A stretch of DNA of 64,000 nt from positions 899,241 through 963,240 of the forward strand of contig OZ242015.1 of assembly GCA_965204785.1 (NCBI GenBank), in the 5' to 3' direction. The translations under genes and the position numbers were made by a program. The stretch's first letter is position 1, and each line of letters begins with the position of its first letter. Positions 62,387 to 64,000 of the stretch are shown here, piece after piece. This DNA comes from Alphaproteobacteria bacterium. GTDB lineage: Bacteria; Pseudomonadota; Alphaproteobacteria; SP197. Under the pieces are notes generated by a model. It was not told where the DNA came from. It was given only the letters and a program-made list of their open reading frames with translations, and made no database searches.

Positions 62387-64000
62387 CTACAATCGCTTCT
62401 TGCCCCTACACTTGGGATAGCTCACGCAGCCCAAGAAGGGACCGTAGCGGCTAGAACGTTCTACAAGCCAACCATCCTGACACTCGGGACAGGTACAGAA
62501 CGAGGCCCCACACGAACATGTTGCCTCTGCCGAGTTGACTTGGCGCTCAGGCAACCCCACACCGCACTCCGAGCATGCAGGTAGAGAATGCCCACAGAGT
62601 TCCGCATGCTCACATCTGTACCAGGTACGACCGTCTTTCGTGGGAAATGCCAGAAGATGGCCGCCACATTCACTGCAGATTTCATCTCGTTGCCGGTCCT
62701 TGTCTTCCCCGACAATTTCATATTCCGGGTCAGCGATCAGTTCGTCAACAAATGCCGACTGTTTGGAGGCGGAGCCCATCAGCGTCACTGTGCGACGGGC
62801 GCGTGTCATAGCGACATACATAACTCGGCGTTCTTCGGCGTTTTCAAATGGCTCCGCATCCGGCGAGACCAGGCTCAAAAGGGGATCGTCGACAATTTCC
62901 GACGGGAATCCGGTGCGCCCCCTATAAAGGTTCAGCAGGACCACATGATCCGCTTCCAGTCCTTTTGAAGAGTGGATAGTTCGAAATGACAGATCAAGGC
63001 TTGGAAAATCCCTCCGTAATTTGTTCAGGCCAGTGGGGGCAACATACTTATACCTGCCAAGCAACAGGACGCTCGACCTCTTGCTCTCCAAATCGGCGAG
63101 TTCCGAAAGGGATTGAAGCACCTGTACAAGTTTCTTTTCGGCATCATGGCGGAATGTCGAAACCGATCTGACCGCGGGATACGTGGCCTCTCCCGCCGGA
63201 ATAACCGTTTTTTCAATCTGTGCTGGGTTCTTGAGGACGAACTTTCGGGCGGCATAGGCGATCTTGTCGACGGAACGAAAGGTTCTGCCCAGATCCACCG
63301 TTCTATGAACCGCTGTTTGACCATCGAAACTGCCGCCAAACTCAATGCCAAAGTTGCGCATGAGATTGATGTCCGACCCCGCAAAACGGTAGATCGACTG
63401 CCAGTCATCCCCGACGCCAAAGATGCGGGCGTCCGGATGCTGTGCTTTAAGAGCCCGAACGAGACGCCCCCGGCTACGTGAAATATCCTGGAACTCGTCG
63501 ACCAAAATGTGGTGGTAGGAGCTGCTGTACTGCCCGTTCTCAACGTATTCAGACGCACGCAGGATCATGTCCTCGAAGTCGATACGAATCCCAAGACGGT
63601 TCTGATACTCGCGATAGACAGGTTCGAAGATCGATAGGAACGCCCGCGCACGGCGGCCAAGCTTCAGCTTCTGTCCCTTGGCTTCACAGTCCGACAGACT
63701 GTAGCCACCGCCTTTGTAGTGACGCAGAAACGTCCCGAGCAACTGAACAAAACTGTCGACCTTGTTCAGTTCAGCCACACGATCGAACAATGTCCCACGA
63801 GATCGCGGCTTGAGTGTTTCGAACGGCGAAATTTTTTCTGCCAGGGCCTCAAGCAGGCAGCCATCTTCACGCTCATAGCTGAAAGTTTCTACAAGCGTCG
63901 TCTCGTGGGTCGTGTGAACTTCACGTTTCCAGGCCATTCCTGCAAGATACTCTTCGCGGTCGACGAAGGGCGCTGTCGAAAACTGGTATGATCCATCGCC
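62387..64000 (-). CDS. UvrD/Rep-like superfamily-1 helicase (motifs III-VI) with C-terminal topoisomerase-type C4 zinc ribbons; N-terminus beyond window end
   Basis: ILVDEFQDIS (III), IFGVGDDWQSIYRFAGSD (IV), TIHSSKGLEADHVVLL (V), VMYVAMTRARRTVTL (VI); then CSECGGHLL…WYRCEHAELCGHSLPACSECG…CSCGASFCTCPECQDGWLVERSSRYGPFLGCVSYPKCRGKK; frame stays open to 64000 (…YQFSTAPFVDREEYLAG-MAWKREV…); Walker A not in window; local GC about 55%. Confidence 0.7.
   Translation of the reverse strand, partial: GDGSYQFSTAPFVDREEYLAGMAWKREVHTTHETTLVETFSYEREDGCLLEALAEKISPFETLKPRSRGTLFDRVAELNKVDSFVQLLGTFLRHYKGGGYSLSDCEAKGQKLKLGRRARAFLSIFEPVYREYQNRLGIRIDFEDMILRASEYVENGQYSSSYHHILVDEFQDISRSRGRLVRALKAQHPDARIFGVGDDWQSIYRFAGSDINLMRNFGIEFGGSFDGQTAVHRTVDLGRTFRSVDKIAYAARKFVLKNPAQIEKTVIPAGEATYPAVRSVSTFRHDAEKKLVQVLQSLSELADLESKRSSVLLLGRYKYVAPTGLNKLRRDFPSLDLSFRTIHSSKGLEADHVVLLNLYRGRTGFPSEIVDDPLLSLVSPDAEPFENAEERRVMYVAMTRARRTVTLMGSASKQSAFVDELIADPEYEIVGEDKDRQRDEICSECGGHLLAFPTKDGRTWYRCEHAELCGHSLPACSECGVGLPERQVNSAEATCSCGASFCTCPECQDGWLVERSSRYGPFLGCVSYPKCRGKKRL

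Overview
High-GC (~65%) alphaproteobacterial chromosome segment. The conserved backbone is intact: yebC-ruvCAB-ybgC-tolQRAB-pal-cpoB, tilS-ftsH-folP-glmM, rpsF-rpsR-(DUF2232)-rplI, fabD-fabG-acpP-fabF-mltG, yicC-gmk, and rsmA-pdxA-surA-lptD-lptG-lptF divergent from pepA-holC. Between these blocks lie accessory stretches that are strikingly decayed, while the core genes show no lesions. Examples: a ruined napEDAB periplasmic nitrate-reductase operon with a 30-bp terminal-inverted-repeat element and a toxin-antitoxin remnant at its 3' end. There is also a duplicated, frameshifted pal copy after cpoB, and an 8.6-kb tract (27.2-35.8 kb) holding at least eight frameshifted or truncated genes. Two DNA-methyltransferase relics (MT-A70 at the window start, a Dam-like fragment beside an AT-rich patch) and an IS110-like relic were found. 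A lower-GC terminal island carries a pentapeptide-repeat protein, a serine-recombinase relic and a partial UvrD-like helicase with topoisomerase-type zinc ribbons. No rRNA, tRNA or CRISPR array was found. All calls rest on reading the translations and recalled family motifs; no database search was possible.
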